DNA of 64,000 bases, from NCBI GenBank assembly GCA_963703345.1, contig OY969814.1, positions 992,001 to 1,056,000 of the forward strand. The letters are read 5' to 3'. The notes beneath the pieces were generated by a model. That model had not been told where the DNA came from, did no database searches, and saw only the letters and a list, made by a program, of their open reading frames with translations. This DNA comes from an uncultured Chloroflexia bacterium. GTDB taxonomy: Bacteria > Chloroflexota > Dehalococcoidia > DSTF01 > JALHUB01. Both the position numbers and the translations under genes were made by a program. Positions 50,915-62,498 of this stretch are shown here, one piece after another (position 1 is the first letter of the stretch; the number at the start of each line of letters is the position of its first letter).

Positions 50915-53900
50915 TCACCCTGGTCCCCCTATCGACTGCAGCAGCCCTTCGATTTGCCGCCGCACATCGGGGATTTCGACGAGCTTGCGAGCCTCGTCGA
51001 TCTCCGCCCGCGCGTCATCAAGGTGACCCTGCGCCTGGGACAGGAGCGCTCGGTGATAGTACAGCTCAGCGCCCGCCTCCGGAGGAAGCGTCTCAAGGCC
51101 GCGCAGCGCCTCATCGAGGTCCGCCGCCGCACGTTGATAATCGCCGAGCACAAAGTACGCATACCCGCGTCGGTCATAACCCGGCGTGTACGTTGGGTCG
51201 AGTGCGAGCGCCGCATTGATGTCCTCCAACCCAAGTTGGACCTGGCCAGAATCAACGTAGGCCTGCCCTCGGCTGCTCAGCAGATAAGCAGTCGGCTGTC
51301 CCTCCTGTAGCAGCGTGGTGGCGTCTTCTATCGCGGTTTCGTACTGTCCTGAGTAGCGGGCGACATACAGGCGGGTGTAGAGCTCGCTCTGATCTAGCTC
51401 TACAGCGCGGTTCGCATCGGCCATCGCTTCCGGCTTGAGGTCAAGGTACAGGCGCGCGATGGCTCGATTGCTGTAGGCGCCGGCCTTGTCAGAGTCGAGG
51501 GCGATAGCCTGCGACAGGTCCGACTCCGCCTCCTGATAACGACCCATGTCTCTGTAAGCAGTGCCCCGGTTGAGCCACACGGTTGCGTTGCCTGGCTGAA
51601 TCGCTAGTTGCTTTGTCGTATATTCAACCGCGGCCCCGTAGTCACCGCGACTGAACGCTATGTCCGTGAGTTCGTCGAGGGAGACCATATGGTCCGGGTT
51701 CAGCTCAAGAACACGCTGGCAGTCGGGCTCAGCCCGCTCGTAGTCTTTGACAGCAGCAAGAGCCAGACAGCGGACGAAATAGGCGTCCCAGGCTTCGGAA
51801 CCAGCAGGGAGAGGCTGAGTTGCTGCGTCGAAATCCGCGGCAGCGGAAGTCAGATCCCCCTGCTTTGCTTCCGCCCATGCTCGAATGGCATGACCGGCTG
51901 GATGGTCAGGCCGCAGCTCTACGAGGCGATCGCCGTCAGCCTTGGCAGCTTCTAGATCGCCCTCTTGTATCAGCACGCGGCCTCGCGCCAGGTAGCTGGC
52001 AGGGAACCCGTCATCAAGCTCTATCGCCCGGTCAAGATCGACGCGTGCATGTTCGAAATCGCCTTCGGCCAGGTAGCGCTCGCCCCGCAAATAGTAGGCC
52101 ATGCTCACGTCTGGGAATATCTTGACCAGTCGATTGAAAGCTCCAATGTTCCCCGGCGTGTCGACCTCGTTCGCGGAGACTATGACCGCCTGCCTCATTC
52201 CAAACCAGACCACAAGCCCGAAGACTATCGCCAAGATCAGCGGCACCTCGAATCCAAAGAGGCCGAGGTGGCGGACGGCTATCTTCGCGCGCAGCCGACG
52301 GCTGGCCAGCGACGTGGCGACCACGCCGGCAGCCATCGCCGCTGACGCAGCAACCAGGACACCGGCGAACAGTCCCGGCGATAGACCCACTTGCGCGCCA
52401 GCATCTGGCAATACGCGAAACTGGTAACACGTCAGCAACGCCCAGGCTAGTGCCCCGCCGCCGGCTACCAGCAACCCCAGTTGCCGCACAGAAGCCCAGC
52501 GCCGTCCCTCTTCGATCTGGCGCGGGCCCAAAGGCGTCCGGCGAACGCTCGCCCAGCCTCGTGCCTGCGACCGCAGCAGCGCTGTCCAGGCAACGGCCAC
52601 GAGGAGAGTGCCGATGACGACAGCGATTACCAGTGAGTGGTCACCAAGCAACAGCCGCAGCGTTGCCGCGCCAACGTACATCGACGATAGCCGATCGAGC
52701 GCACCGAACCGCAGCAGTCCGACGAGCGCCCCGAACCCTAGGAGAACCGACGCCAGGCCCAACAACCAGCCGCTCAACGCCACACGGATGAGAAGTGGCA
52801 GGGAGACCTTCCGACGCATCAGGATCGGCACTGCCAGGTGCGCAAAAGCGATCCCCGCGAGAAGCAAGGGCAGCCCTCCCAGGGCGACGGCCAGCAGCAC
52901 CGACGAGAGATTGAAATCGATTACCTCAAGGGGCAGGCCGAGCGTAAGCAAATTGGGTTGCGGGCGGCGGGTTGCGAAAAGCAGGAACTCGGGGAGAACC
53001 AGCAGCAGCGCAAGCGATGCCTGGACCGCCGCCGCCGCCGCGCGGGTCACTCCCGCGGGCCGCCTGTGGCCGCTATACACTCCTGCTAGAGAAGCCATAT
53101 TCAAGAGGCGGCTGGCAGTCCGGCGATAATTCCTCGCCTCCGAGGGCGCTTGCAGTCTGTCGGCGCGCTCTCCGGCAGCCAGGTAGTATGCTGCGGCCCG
53201 CTCCGTGTGCCCGGCTTCGCGATAGTGGAAAGCCATCTGTTCCGGCTCTACCTCTATTCCTTCCTCTCGCACCAGCTCCAGGGATTCCGCTGCCCTCAGG
53301 TGCAGTTCCGCACGCTTGCGCCGCAGCACCGCCTCATAGAGCGCCTGCTGCACTACAGAGTGCCGGAATCGGTAGCCACGGTGATCGGTGCCGGGCAGCT
53401 CGTCGAGCAACCCGACTTCGCACAGTTGGGCCAGAGACTCGTGCAGCCGTTCGCTGACTGTCGCGACTATCTTCAACGGTTCCTCGTAGAACATCTGCCC
53501 AAAGATACTCGCGTCCAGGAGTAGCTGGCGGCTCGTTTCGTCCAGCTCGTCAACGCGGGCGACCACCGCCGTTTCAAGGGACTCGGGAAGGCGCGCTTCT
53601 TCGGGTGCCGCAATGGCGGCGGCCGCAAGCAGCTCCAAGTAGAGGGGATTTCCACCCGCCTGCGAGAGAATATCCGTTGCTCTTTCCACGGATACCCCGG
53701 GAGCGGCGGCGAGCACTAATCCGCGTGCCTCCTCCTCGGCAAGAGGCTCCAGCGTGATGGAGTCCTCCGTGGGCAAACGGTGGAGCTGGCGACCCTTGGG
53801 CTGCCGGAGCAGCACACTCAGCACCGGCAACGCAGCCAGGCGTGGCAAGAGCTTCTGGACCACAGCGACGGTGGCGCCGTCGGCGCGGTGCATGTCATCG

Positions 53901-54907
53901 AGAACGAAGGCAACGGGGCCGTTTCTCGTCAGCGCTTCGATTACTTCGGCCAGCCCATCGACCAGCCAACCGGGCTCAACCTCAGGGACCTCCGCCAGCT
54001 CGTGGGCGCGCGCCAGCGCCTCCAGCCGCTCGCGGAAACTCGGCGCCAGGTTGTCCCTCAGGGAAGGAAGCAGCTGCAACAACGGTCCAAACGTCCGAGG
54101 TGGCGTATCCGCGCGAGCGTAGAGGATCTGCTCGGGAGCTGTCCCGGCCATCGCGAAGTGATGCGCCAGTAGTCTCGTCTTACCGACGCCGGCCTCTCCA
54201 ACGACTTGCAGCACGCGCGCGGGCCCCGCTTTGGTCGCGGACCATAACTCCCGTATACGCCGCAAGTACTGCTCGCGACCCACGAAGGGCGTCTCGCTCG
54301 GCGCGGGGACCAGCCCGATGTGGGCCGGGGCCAGCGCTTCCACGCCGTAACAGATGACCGGCTCTGCGCGGCCTTTGACGGTGAGCTCGCGTCCATTGCC
54401 CCACTGGAACCGACGACGCGCCAGACGCCGGGTCATGTCGCCCACCATCACTGCGCCCGGCTGGGCCGCCTTCTCCAAACGCGCGGCGACGTTCACGGCA
54501 TCGCCCGTGACCGTGTACCCACCCGGGCCGACCGCGCCGGTCACCACAAGCCCGGTGTTGATCCCGATCCTAATGCTCAATCCATGGCCGAGTCGTTCGG
54601 TGAGCTGCGGCGTCAGATCGTCGAGCGCATGGTGCATCGCCAGCGCTGCCGCCACCGCCTTGCCGGCGTCGTCCTCCTGCGCCTTTGGAGCGCCGAAGAG
54701 CGCCATTATCTCGTCGCCGACGACCTTGTTAACGTAGCCACCGAACCGTTTGATCTCGGCGGAAAGGCGGTCGAAGCAGATACTCAACGTGGATTGAACC
54801 AGCTCGGGGTCGCGCGTCTCGGAGACGGACGTGTAGCCGACCAGGTCAGCGAAGAGGATCGTTACGAGCCTGCGCTCTTGCGGATGGTCTGCACGCTCTT
54901 GGCTCAT
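50915..54907 (-). CDS. Class III nucleotide cyclase - AAA/STAND-like ATPase - multi-TM - TPR protein
   Basis: ILFADLVGYT, GDEIMALFG, GDAVNVAARLE, GEAGVGKT, FVLDDMH, about 6 TM helices, then many TPRs. Start codon uncertain. Confidence 0.85.
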   Translation of the reverse strand: MSQERADHPQERRLVTILFADLVGYTSVSETRDPELVQSTLSICFDRLSAEIKRFGGYVNKVVGDEIMALFGAPKAQEDDAGKAVAAALAMHHALDDLTPQLTERLGHGLSIRIGINTGLVVTGAVGPGGYTVTGDAVNVAARLEKAAQPGAVMVGDMTRRLARRRFQWGNGRELTVKGRAEPVICYGVEALAPAHIGLVPAPSETPFVGREQYLRRIRELWSATKAGPARVLQVVGEAGVGKTRLLAHHFAMAGTAPEQILYARADTPPRTFGPLLQLLPSLRDNLAPSFRERLEALARAHELAEVPEVEPGWLVDGLAEVIEALTRNGPVAFVLDDMHRADGATVAVVQKLLPRLAALPVLSVLLRQPKGRQLHRLPTEDSITLEPLAEEEARGLVLAAAPGVSVERATDILSQAGGNPLYLELLAAAAIAAPEEARLPESLETAVVARVDELDETSRQLLLDASIFGQMFYEEPLKIVATVSERLHESLAQLCEVGLLDELPGTDHRGYRFRHSVVQQALYEAVLRRKRAELHLRAAESLELVREEGIEVEPEQMAFHYREAGHTERAAAYYLAAGERADRLQAPSEARNYRRTASRLLNMASLAGVYSGHRRPAGVTRAAAAAVQASLALLLVLPEFLLFATRRPQPNLLTLGLPLEVIDFNLSSVLLAVALGGLPLLLAGIAFAHLAVPILMRRKVSLPLLIRVALSGWLLGLASVLLGFGALVGLLRFGALDRLSSMYVGAATLRLLLGDHSLVIAVVIGTLLVAVAWTALLRSQARGWASVRRTPLGPRQIEEGRRWASVRQLGLLVAGGGALAWALLTCYQFRVLPDAGAQVGLSPGLFAGVLVAASAAMAAGVVATSLASRRLRAKIAVRHLGLFGFEVPLILAIVFGLVVWFGMRQAVIVSANEVDTPGNIGAFNRLVKIFPDVSMAYYLRGERYLAEGDFEHARVDLDRAIELDDGFPASYLARGRVLIQEGDLEAAKADGDRLVELRPDHPAGHAIRAWAEAKQGDLTSAAADFDAATQPLPAGSEAWDAYFVRCLALAAVKDYERAEPDCQRVLELNPDHMVSLDELTDIAFSRGDYGAAVEYTTKQLAIQPGNATVWLNRGTAYRDMGRYQEAESDLSQAIALDSDKAGAYSNRAIARLYLDLKPEAMADANRAVELDQSELYTRLYVARYSGQYETAIEDATTLLQEGQPTAYLLSSRGQAYVDSGQVQLGLEDINAALALDPTYTPGYDRRGYAYFVLGDYQRAAADLDEALRGLETLPPEAGAELYYHRALLSQAQGHLDDARAEIDEARKLVEIPDVRRQIEGLLQSIGGPG

Positions 54908-55003
54908 CTGGGCTGTCCGGAGTGAACCCCAAGCCGGCATGGGACGGGCGAAGAATCGAGAGTAACTATACCACAGCCTTGCCAATTTGTAACACGAATC
55001 CTC

Positions 55004-55031
55004 TTGACAGAATGCATGAGGGTGCTATAAT
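55004..55031 (+). promoter_or_regulatory. Consensus sigma70 promoter
   Basis: TTGACA-N16-TATAAT with TGn extended -10. Confidence 0.75.
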
Positions 55032-55112
55032 TCTGTCCGCATCCCCCCGTCCTCGAAGGTGGTGGCTCACCTAGGCACGTTAGGGCCCCTTGTGGCGGGC
55101 AAAGGGGATCCC

Positions 55113-58100
55113 ATGGACAGCAGGACGCTTCCAGCGGCCAAAGTTACGGGCAAGATGCCTTCCGAAGCCTCAGGCGGGCGGATTAGGCGCCGATTCCTCG
55201 CGCCCTTGCGATTCCGCATTTCGGCTTCATCCACGCGCGGGCGGCTGCACATAGCCGCGGCGCTCGTGCTCGCGCTGCTGGCGGGGATCCTGCTCACCGA
55301 CGGCGCCGCCGCGGCCACACCCACCCCCGACGCCACCTCCATCCCCACACCCACCCCCGTCGCCACCTCCATCCCCACACCCGCACACGAGGGCACCATC
55401 GTGACCCTTGACACCGTAGGAGATGTGGGCCAGTACACCTCGCTGAAGCTGGACGCCGGCGGCAGGCCCGTGGTCAGCTACTACGACGCCACCAAAGGCG
55501 ACCTGAAGGTGCTGCACTGCGGCTATGCCGATTGCTCCGCCGGCAACGTCATCACCTCTCCCGACACGGCGGGCGATGTGGGCCGGTACACGTCGCTGGT
55601 TCTGGACGCCGCCGACAAGCCGGTAGTCAGCTACTACGACGTGACCAACGGCAACCTGAAGGTGCTCCACTGCGGCAACGCCAACTGCACGGCCGGGGCC
55701 GGCAACGTCATCACCTCTCCCGACACGGCAGGCGATGTGGGCCAGCACACCTCGCTGGTGCTGGACGCCGCCGGCTTCCCGGTGGTCAGCTACGACGACG
55801 TGACTAACGGCAACCTGAAGGTGTTGCACTGCGGCAACGCCAACTGCACCGCCGGCAATAGCATCAGCTCTCCCGATACGGCACCGCTGGTCGCCACCGT
55901 AGCGGCCGGAACTCACCCCTGGGGCGTTGCCGTCAACCCCAGCACGAACCGCATCTACGTGGTGAACGAATACAGCAACAACATCTCCGTCATCGACGGC
56001 GCCGGCAACACGGTCGTCGGCACCCCCGTACCGGTCGGGAGTTACCCCTTAGGCGTGACCGTCAACCCCACCACGAACCGCATCTACGTGGCAAACAGTG
56101 GCAGCAACAACGTCACCGTCATCAACGGCGCCACCAACACCGTCGTCGGCACCCCCGTGCCGGTCGGGAGTCACCCTGTAGGCGTGGCCGTCAACCCCAG
56201 CACGAACCGCATCTACGTGGCGAACTCGCACGACAACAACGTCTCCGTCATCGACGGCGGCAGCAACAGCGTCGTCGGCACCCCCGTGCCGGTCGGGAGT
56301 TGGCCCGAGGGCGTGGCCGTCAACCCCAGCACGAACCGCATCTACGTGTCGAACGATAACAGCAACAACCTCACCGTCATCGACGGCGCCACCAACACCG
56401 TCGTCGGCACCCCCGTGCCGGTCGGGAGTTGGCCCGAGGGCGTGGCCGTCAACCCCAGCACGAACCGCATCTACGTGGCGAACTATGGCAGCAACAGCGT
56501 CTCCGTGATCGACGGCGCCAGCAACACGCTGGTCGGTACCCCCGTACCGGTCGGCACTAACCCCGGCGACGTGGCCGTCAACCCCAGCGCGAACCTCATC
56601 TACGTCGCGAATGAGGGCAGCAACAACGTCACCGTCATCGACGGCGCCAGCAACACCGTCGTCGGCACCCCCGTGCCGGTCGGGAGTTCCCCCGAGGGCG
56701 AGGGCGTGGCCGTCAACCCCAACACGAACCTCATCTACGTGGCGAACTACAGCAGCAACAACGTGTCCGTCATCAATGGCGCCAGCACCGGCGATGTCGG
56801 CCAGCACACCTCGCTGGTTCTGGACGCCGGCGGCAACCCTGTGGTCAGCTATTACGACAGCACCAACGGCGACCTGAAGGTGCTGCACTGCGGCAACGCC
56901 AACTGCACCGCCGAACCCGTCAGCCAGGTCAGTGCGGGCGACATGCACACCTGCGGGGTGAAGACGGACGGCACCCTGGCCTGCTGGGGGGCCAACACCG
57001 TCGGGCAGGCGAGCCCACCCGCCGGCACCTTCAGCCAGGTCAGCGCGGGCGGTGGTTTCACCTGCGGCGTGAGGACGGACGGCACCCTGGCCTGCTGGGG
57101 GGTCAACAACTTCGGGCAGACAAGTCCCCTCCCCGCCGGCACCTTCAGCCAGGTCAGCGCGGGCACTTTCCACACCTGCGCGGTGAAGACAGACGGCACC
57201 CTAGCCTGCTGGGGGCACAACGGCAACGGGCAGGCGAGCCCACCCGCCGGCACCTTCAGCCAGGTCAGCGCGGGCGGTTTCCACACCTGCGGGCTCAGGA
57301 CGGACGGCACCGTGGCCTGCTGGGGGTGGTACGACGACTATGGGCCGCCGACGGCCCCCGCCGGCACCTTCAGCCAGGTCAGCGCGGGCTACGGTCACAC
57401 CTGCGGGGTGAAGACGGACGGCACCCTGGCCTGCTGGGGGGACGACACCTACCACCAGACGGAGGCCCCGGGCGGCACCTTCAGCCAGGTCAGCGCGGGC
57501 TGGGGCCACACCTGCGGGGTGAAGACGGACGGCAGCCTGGCCTGCTGGGGGGACAACAGCTACGGGCAGTTGAACAACATCCCCACCGGCACCTTCAGCC
57601 AGGTCGACGCGGGCGGCTATCACACCTGCGGGGTGAAGACGGACGGCACCCTGGCCTGCTGGGGGTGGAACGCCTACCCCCAGGCGACGCCCCCCGCCGC
57701 CGACAGCATCACCTCTCCCGATACGGCAGGCGATGTGGGACAGTACACCTCGCTTGCCCTGGACGCCGGCGGCAACCCCGTGGTCAGCTATTTCGACGAG
57801 AACAACGGCTACCTCAAGGTGCTGCACTGCGCCGACGCCGGCTGCACCGCCGGCACCTTCAGCCAGGTCAGCACGGGCTACGAGTTCACCTGCGGAGTGA
57901 AGACGGACGGCAGCCTGGCCTGCTGGGGGGACAACTCCTACGGGCAGACGGCGCCCCTCCCCACCGGCGCCTTCAGCCAGGTCAGCGCGGGCCTCTATCA
58001 CACCTGCGGGGTGAAGGCGGACGGCAGCCTGGCCTGCTGGGGATGGAACAACTACGGGCAGTCAACACCGCCCGACGGCGCCTTCACCCAGGTTAGCGCG

Positions 58101-60188
58101 GGTACACGTCACACTTGTGGGGTGAAGACGGATGGTACGCTGGCCTGCTGGGGGTGGAACCTCTACGGGCAGGCGCCTCCATCGCCCTTCCCCAACGACA
58201 CCTTCAGCCAGGTCAGCGCGGGCGGCGACTACACCTGCGGACTGAAGACGGACGGCAGCCTGGCCTGCTGGGGGATCAACAACTTCGGGCAGTTGAACAA
58301 CATCCCCACCGGCACCTTCAGCCAGGTCAGCGCGGGCGGCGACCACACCTGCGGGGTGAGGACGGACGGGACCCTGGCCTGCTGGGGATACAACTACTAT
58401 GGGCAGGCGACACCACCCAGCGGCACCTTCAGCCGGGTCAGCGCGGGCGACGTGCACACCTGCGGGCTGAGGACGGACGGCACCCTGGCCTGCTGGGGGT
58501 GGAACGCCTACGGGCAGTCAACGCCCCCCGCCGGCACCTTCAGCCAGGTCAGCGCGGGCTTAGAGTACACCTGCGGGTTGAGGACGGACGGGACCCTGGC
58601 CTGCTGGGGGTGGAACCAGGCGACGCCCCCCGCCGCCGACAGCATCACCTCTCCCGACACAACAGGCAACGTGGGCCAGTACACCTCGCTCGCGCTAGAC
58701 ACCTCAGGCAACCCCGTGGTCAGCTACTACGAGGCCCCCGACGGCGGCGGCGGCCTGAAGGTGCTGCACTGCGGCGATGCCGACTGCGCCACCGGCAACA
58801 GCATCACCTCCCCCGACACAACAGGCGATGTGGGCGAGTACACGTCGCTGGCCCTGGGCGCCGGCGGCTACCCCGTGGTCAGCTACTACGACCACAACAA
58901 CGGCGACCTGAAGGTACTGCACTCCGACACCCCGACCGGCGGGCCGCCCATCATCAGCACCATGGCCGGCAAAAACGGCACAGCAGGCTTCGTTGACGGC
59001 GCCACAGCAGACTCGCGGTTCGACTCCCCGCATGGCATGACAGAATCGGCGGATGGAAACCTCCTGGTAGCCGACACGAGTAACGACGCGATCCGCAAGA
59101 TAGACGCTGCGACGGGGAGCGTCAGCACCGTCGCCGGTATCCCGCCGGGCGGCAGCGCTGGCTGCGTGGGCCACACGTCGCCGCCCTACGACGGCTGTCT
59201 GGCGATAAACGCGACTCTCTCTGCACCTAGGGATGTCTTCGATCTAAACCCGCCGGGTGACACCTACATTGCGGATACGGGCGACAACCGCATCCGCAAG
59301 GTAGACGGAGCGGGCGTCATCACCACCGTCGCCGGCAACGGTACCCCAGGGTACACCGGAGACGACGTTCTGGCGACTGCTACCGAACTGAACGGCCCCA
59401 GCGGCGTCGCCGTCGACTCCGCAGGCAACATCTACATCGCCGATACGGGGAACAACCGCATCCGCAAGGTAGACGCGGCAACCAGCATTATCACCACCAT
59501 CGTCGGCAACGGCAGCGGCTGTGACGCGAACCACACAGCGCCTTACGATGGCTGCCTGGCGACTCAAGCCACGCTCAGCAGCCCACGCGACGTTTTTCCC
59601 TGGGGCTCAATGTACGCGGGAACGACCGACCTGCTCATCGCCGACACGGGCAACAACGTCGTCCGCTGGGTCCATGGCCCTTCCGGCCTGATCGGTACCC
59701 TTGCCGGCACGGGAAGCCCCGGTTTCTCCGGCGACGGCGTTGCCGTTCAGGTCAAGCTCGACGGCCCGGAGGCGGTGGCGTCCGATGGTTCCCTCGCTGT
59801 CCTCATCGCCGATACTCAGAACAACCGCCTGCGCCGCGTCACCTTCGGTGATGCCACCATCACCACCGTCGCCGGCGGCGGCAGCGGCTGCGATGCGAAT
59901 CAGACGGCGCCCTACGACGGCTGCCCGGCGACGGACGCTGTCCTCGATCATCCAGCGGGAGTCGCTCTCGGGAGTTGCCAGACGTCGGACACCGGCAGTC
60001 AGGCTATCCGCGGGATAGATTCCTGCACCGGGTTGCCGGTCGGCGGCTTCACCGGGTCCACGGGTTGCACATACGGCACCACTGCAACCATCGACTTGGC
60101 CTTCATGCTCTTACCCCTCGGACTAATCCTCAGCCGAAGGCGGATTCGGATTGCGTTTAGACAGATTCGGAGGGTGGGAAGGCCATGA
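55113..60188 (+). CDS. Giant surface protein with multiple beta-propellers (YVTN-type, 2x RCC1/BLIP-II-type, NHL) and C-terminal anchor
   Basis: Signal helix, 7 [13 protein letters not shown] repeats, 14 SQVSAG..HTC..CWG repeats, [10 protein letters not shown] repeats, C-terminal TM plus RRR. Start codon uncertain. Confidence 0.85.
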   Translation: MDSRTLPAAKVTGKMPSEASGGRIRRRFLAPLRFRISASSTRGRLHIAAALVLALLAGILLTDGAAAATPTPDATSIPTPTPVATSIPTPAHEGTIVTLDTVGDVGQYTSLKLDAGGRPVVSYYDATKGDLKVLHCGYADCSAGNVITSPDTAGDVGRYTSLVLDAADKPVVSYYDVTNGNLKVLHCGNANCTAGAGNVITSPDTAGDVGQHTSLVLDAAGFPVVSYDDVTNGNLKVLHCGNANCTAGNSISSPDTAPLVATVAAGTHPWGVAVNPSTNRIYVVNEYSNNISVIDGAGNTVVGTPVPVGSYPLGVTVNPTTNRIYVANSGSNNVTVINGATNTVVGTPVPVGSHPVGVAVNPSTNRIYVANSHDNNVSVIDGGSNSVVGTPVPVGSWPEGVAVNPSTNRIYVSNDNSNNLTVIDGATNTVVGTPVPVGSWPEGVAVNPSTNRIYVANYGSNSVSVIDGASNTLVGTPVPVGTNPGDVAVNPSANLIYVANEGSNNVTVIDGASNTVVGTPVPVGSSPEGEGVAVNPNTNLIYVANYSSNNVSVINGASTGDVGQHTSLVLDAGGNPVVSYYDSTNGDLKVLHCGNANCTAEPVSQVSAGDMHTCGVKTDGTLACWGANTVGQASPPAGTFSQVSAGGGFTCGVRTDGTLACWGVNNFGQTSPLPAGTFSQVSAGTFHTCAVKTDGTLACWGHNGNGQASPPAGTFSQVSAGGFHTCGLRTDGTVACWGWYDDYGPPTAPAGTFSQVSAGYGHTCGVKTDGTLACWGDDTYHQTEAPGGTFSQVSAGWGHTCGVKTDGSLACWGDNSYGQLNNIPTGTFSQVDAGGYHTCGVKTDGTLACWGWNAYPQATPPAADSITSPDTAGDVGQYTSLALDAGGNPVVSYFDENNGYLKVLHCADAGCTAGTFSQVSTGYEFTCGVKTDGSLACWGDNSYGQTAPLPTGAFSQVSAGLYHTCGVKADGSLACWGWNNYGQSTPPDGAFTQVSAGTRHTCGVKTDGTLACWGWNLYGQAPPSPFPNDTFSQVSAGGDYTCGLKTDGSLACWGINNFGQLNNIPTGTFSQVSAGGDHTCGVRTDGTLACWGYNYYGQATPPSGTFSRVSAGDVHTCGLRTDGTLACWGWNAYGQSTPPAGTFSQVSAGLEYTCGLRTDGTLACWGWNQATPPAADSITSPDTTGNVGQYTSLALDTSGNPVVSYYEAPDGGGGLKVLHCGDADCATGNSITSPDTTGDVGEYTSLALGAGGYPVVSYYDHNNGDLKVLHSDTPTGGPPIISTMAGKNGTAGFVDGATADSRFDSPHGMTESADGNLLVADTSNDAIRKIDAATGSVSTVAGIPPGGSAGCVGHTSPPYDGCLAINATLSAPRDVFDLNPPGDTYIADTGDNRIRKVDGAGVITTVAGNGTPGYTGDDVLATATELNGPSGVAVDSAGNIYIADTGNNRIRKVDAATSIITTIVGNGSGCDANHTAPYDGCLATQATLSSPRDVFPWGSMYAGTTDLLIADTGNNVVRWVHGPSGLIGTLAGTGSPGFSGDGVAVQVKLDGPEAVASDGSLAVLIADTQNNRLRRVTFGDATITTVAGGGSGCDANQTAPYDGCPATDAVLDHPAGVALGSCQTSDTGSQAIRGIDSCTGLPVGGFTGSTGCTYGTTATIDLAFMLLPLGLILSRRRIRIAFRQIRRVGRP

Positions 60189-62233
60189 CATTCATGCGCG
60201 GGAAGACAACGGGATCGGCCCGCCGCCAGGAGTCGGCCATGTCCGCATGCCGTCACGGCGCGAAGGAACGCGCTCCCACGAGGCGCAGGATGTCGGCAGG
60301 CGGTCTTGGGCTCATCGTCTTGGTCGCGTTGTTCCTGGCCCCGGGCAACGCTAACAGCGCCCTTGCTGCCTATTCCAGCACCCTGAGTTGGGACGTGTCC
60401 ATGACCGCCGCCGGCTCGCCGTGTCCCAATGACGGCGACAGCAACATCGATCCAGGCGAGTGTCCCAATGTGACCACCAGCTTCCAGATTCAACCTGCGG
60501 GCGGACCGGGCGGCAGCCAGTCGATGTTTGACAGGGCCAACGTCATCTGGACCACGGGGCCCCTTTCTGGGGATGGGAGCGATGTGACGGCGCCGCAAGA
60601 CGGCTTGGCCCCTAAGCGGGTCAATACGGTGGGCGCCAAGGTGGGCATGGTCAGCATTCAGATGCAGTCGAACATGTTCACGGGAACGTTGACCCAGAAC
60701 AACGTTGACGATGTCGCCAATGCAAGGGACCCTACTGTCGCGGGCCAACCCCCGCGCTGCGGGGCCGACATCAACGGCGATCACCTGGCAGACACGCTGT
60801 CACTCGCGGACTCCTTCGAGCTCTGGAACGCCGTATTCCGTCAGGATGGCAAGGACCCCATCATCGACTACTGGAACACGCAGGCGCCGGACCCCAACCA
60901 CCCCTACCCCCTCGGCTGTGATCCGACAGGTAAGATTGCCGGCCAAGCCTGCGCACCTCAGGGGGTAACCTATCTACCGAGGCCCATACTGGCCCTCGAG
61001 ACCGCCATGGGCTTGACGTCGGCTTCCAGGGTGAGTCGCGCCTACGGTATCGCCAAGCTTCCCATCGTCGGCGGCATCACCAGTAATCTCGACGTCAACT
61101 TCCTGGTCTACAGCCTGCATAACAAAGGGACAAACGGCTACTTGAGTGTCACCCTCATCCAGTATCCGGGCCTGCCCTCAGCAGATCCAACCAACGCGAA
61201 CTACAACCCGCTGTCGCAGAGCGTCCAGACCTGTCCTCCCTATTGGAGCTCGGCCACCGTCTACGGCGTCACTTCCAGCCCTGATTTCGATGAGGACGGA
61301 GTGTCTGACCTAGCCGTGACGTCGGAGATCAACCGCCTAGTTCAGCCGCAAACGGTGACGGGGAAGTCCTACGACTACTACATCGAGACCTCCATGGCCG
61401 CCGACTACGACGGCGATGGGATTCCCGCCTATGCCGACCGCTGTCGCACCGATCCCGCTTCGGGCAGCGCCACCAGCGACAGCGACGGCGACGGCCTATC
61501 GGGGACCTGCGACACGAACGGCCAGAACAACACTCCAGCGAGTGGGAGCTGGAAGAGTAAGCCGCCCTGGGACGACAACCAGGACGTGGACCATGACGGG
61601 ATCCTGAACTCTGTGGACAACTGCCCGACCGCCTGGAACCCCGACCAGAAGGACACAGACGGCGACAGCGTGGGGGATGCCTGTGACCCTGCCCCCACAA
61701 TCCCGGGCGACGGGCACGGCTACGCTAGCCCGGCCCCCGGCATGTTCGTCCGCTATGTCAACATCTGCCGGGATCCGTGGACTGTCGGCCAGCCTGAGCT
61801 GAGCGGCAGCGGCGACCCCGGTCGACAGTGCTTGAAACAAGACGGCGTGATCACGAACTGGCAGGACTCCAATAATGACGGCGTGCCCGACTACCTAGAC
61901 ATGAGATCCTTAACCCCACCCGGCCCCCTTCTGGCTGACTGCCACAGCGATAGCGACCACGACGGATTCGTGGATGCAATGGAGGCGGCGCCCACTAATG
62001 TGGAGCCCTGTCCGGCATTCGGGTTTGCCAAAGCCAGCGACCCACTCGATGCCTCCTCTCCAGGAGGTGGGGTAGCTGTTGGCGGGATAGCGGAGCCACC
62101 CGATGAATACGGCTCCAGCGCTGCGCAGTCGGGCGGACCGCCCCTGGGTGTCCTCACCATCGCGGTGCTGGCGGCGGGCGCACTCTTGTTCGCAGCCGGT
62201 GGGCAGTACAGCCGCAAACGCTGGCGCCGCTAA
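60185..62233 (+). CDS. Secreted/anchored protein with thrombospondin type-3-like Ca-binding repeats
   Basis: [34 protein letters not shown] helix, RKRWRR; ATGA-coupled to the upstream gene. Confidence 0.8.
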   Translation: MTFMRGKTTGSARRQESAMSACRHGAKERAPTRRRMSAGGLGLIVLVALFLAPGNANSALAAYSSTLSWDVSMTAAGSPCPNDGDSNIDPGECPNVTTSFQIQPAGGPGGSQSMFDRANVIWTTGPLSGDGSDVTAPQDGLAPKRVNTVGAKVGMVSIQMQSNMFTGTLTQNNVDDVANARDPTVAGQPPRCGADINGDHLADTLSLADSFELWNAVFRQDGKDPIIDYWNTQAPDPNHPYPLGCDPTGKIAGQACAPQGVTYLPRPILALETAMGLTSASRVSRAYGIAKLPIVGGITSNLDVNFLVYSLHNKGTNGYLSVTLIQYPGLPSADPTNANYNPLSQSVQTCPPYWSSATVYGVTSSPDFDEDGVSDLAVTSEINRLVQPQTVTGKSYDYYIETSMAADYDGDGIPAYADRCRTDPASGSATSDSDGDGLSGTCDTNGQNNTPASGSWKSKPPWDDNQDVDHDGILNSVDNCPTAWNPDQKDTDGDSVGDACDPAPTIPGDGHGYASPAPGMFVRYVNICRDPWTVGQPELSGSGDPGRQCLKQDGVITNWQDSNNDGVPDYLDMRSLTPPGPLLADCHSDSDHDGFVDAMEAAPTNVEPCPAFGFAKASDPLDASSPGGGVAVGGIAEPPDEYGSSAAQSGGPPLGVLTIAVLAAGALLFAAGGQYSRKRWRR

Positions 62234-62296
62234 GGATTTCCCCGCTCAGGAAGACCAGAGCCGGGAAAGAACCATCTCGCAGCGAGCATCGCTTGT

Positions 62297-62498
62297 TCTC
62301 GAAGAAGTCCCCCTGTTCCTGTCTTCCCTTATGAGCAACGTGCCGTGTTCGACGACGGTGCGAGCGATCACCAATAGTGAGGCCTGGTTCATCGAGCGGG
62401 CGGATTTTGCAGATCTCGTGGAGCACTGCCCGGGGCTCTGGCGCAATCTGTGCCGCATATTGAGTCACAGGCTAGCTCAGACAAGTCACAGATTGGGC
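62297..62498 (+). pseudogene. cNMP-binding-domain remnant
   Basis: LEEVPLF...PCSTTVRA...IERADFADLV...ILSHRL; central barrel strands missing and cut by the IS. Confidence 0.55.

Noticed and set aside
56915-58640. DGR-type variable region (many NNC codons)
   Set aside because: No reverse transcriptase or non-coding template repeat in the window; TGG codons and GC3 bias explain the pattern.
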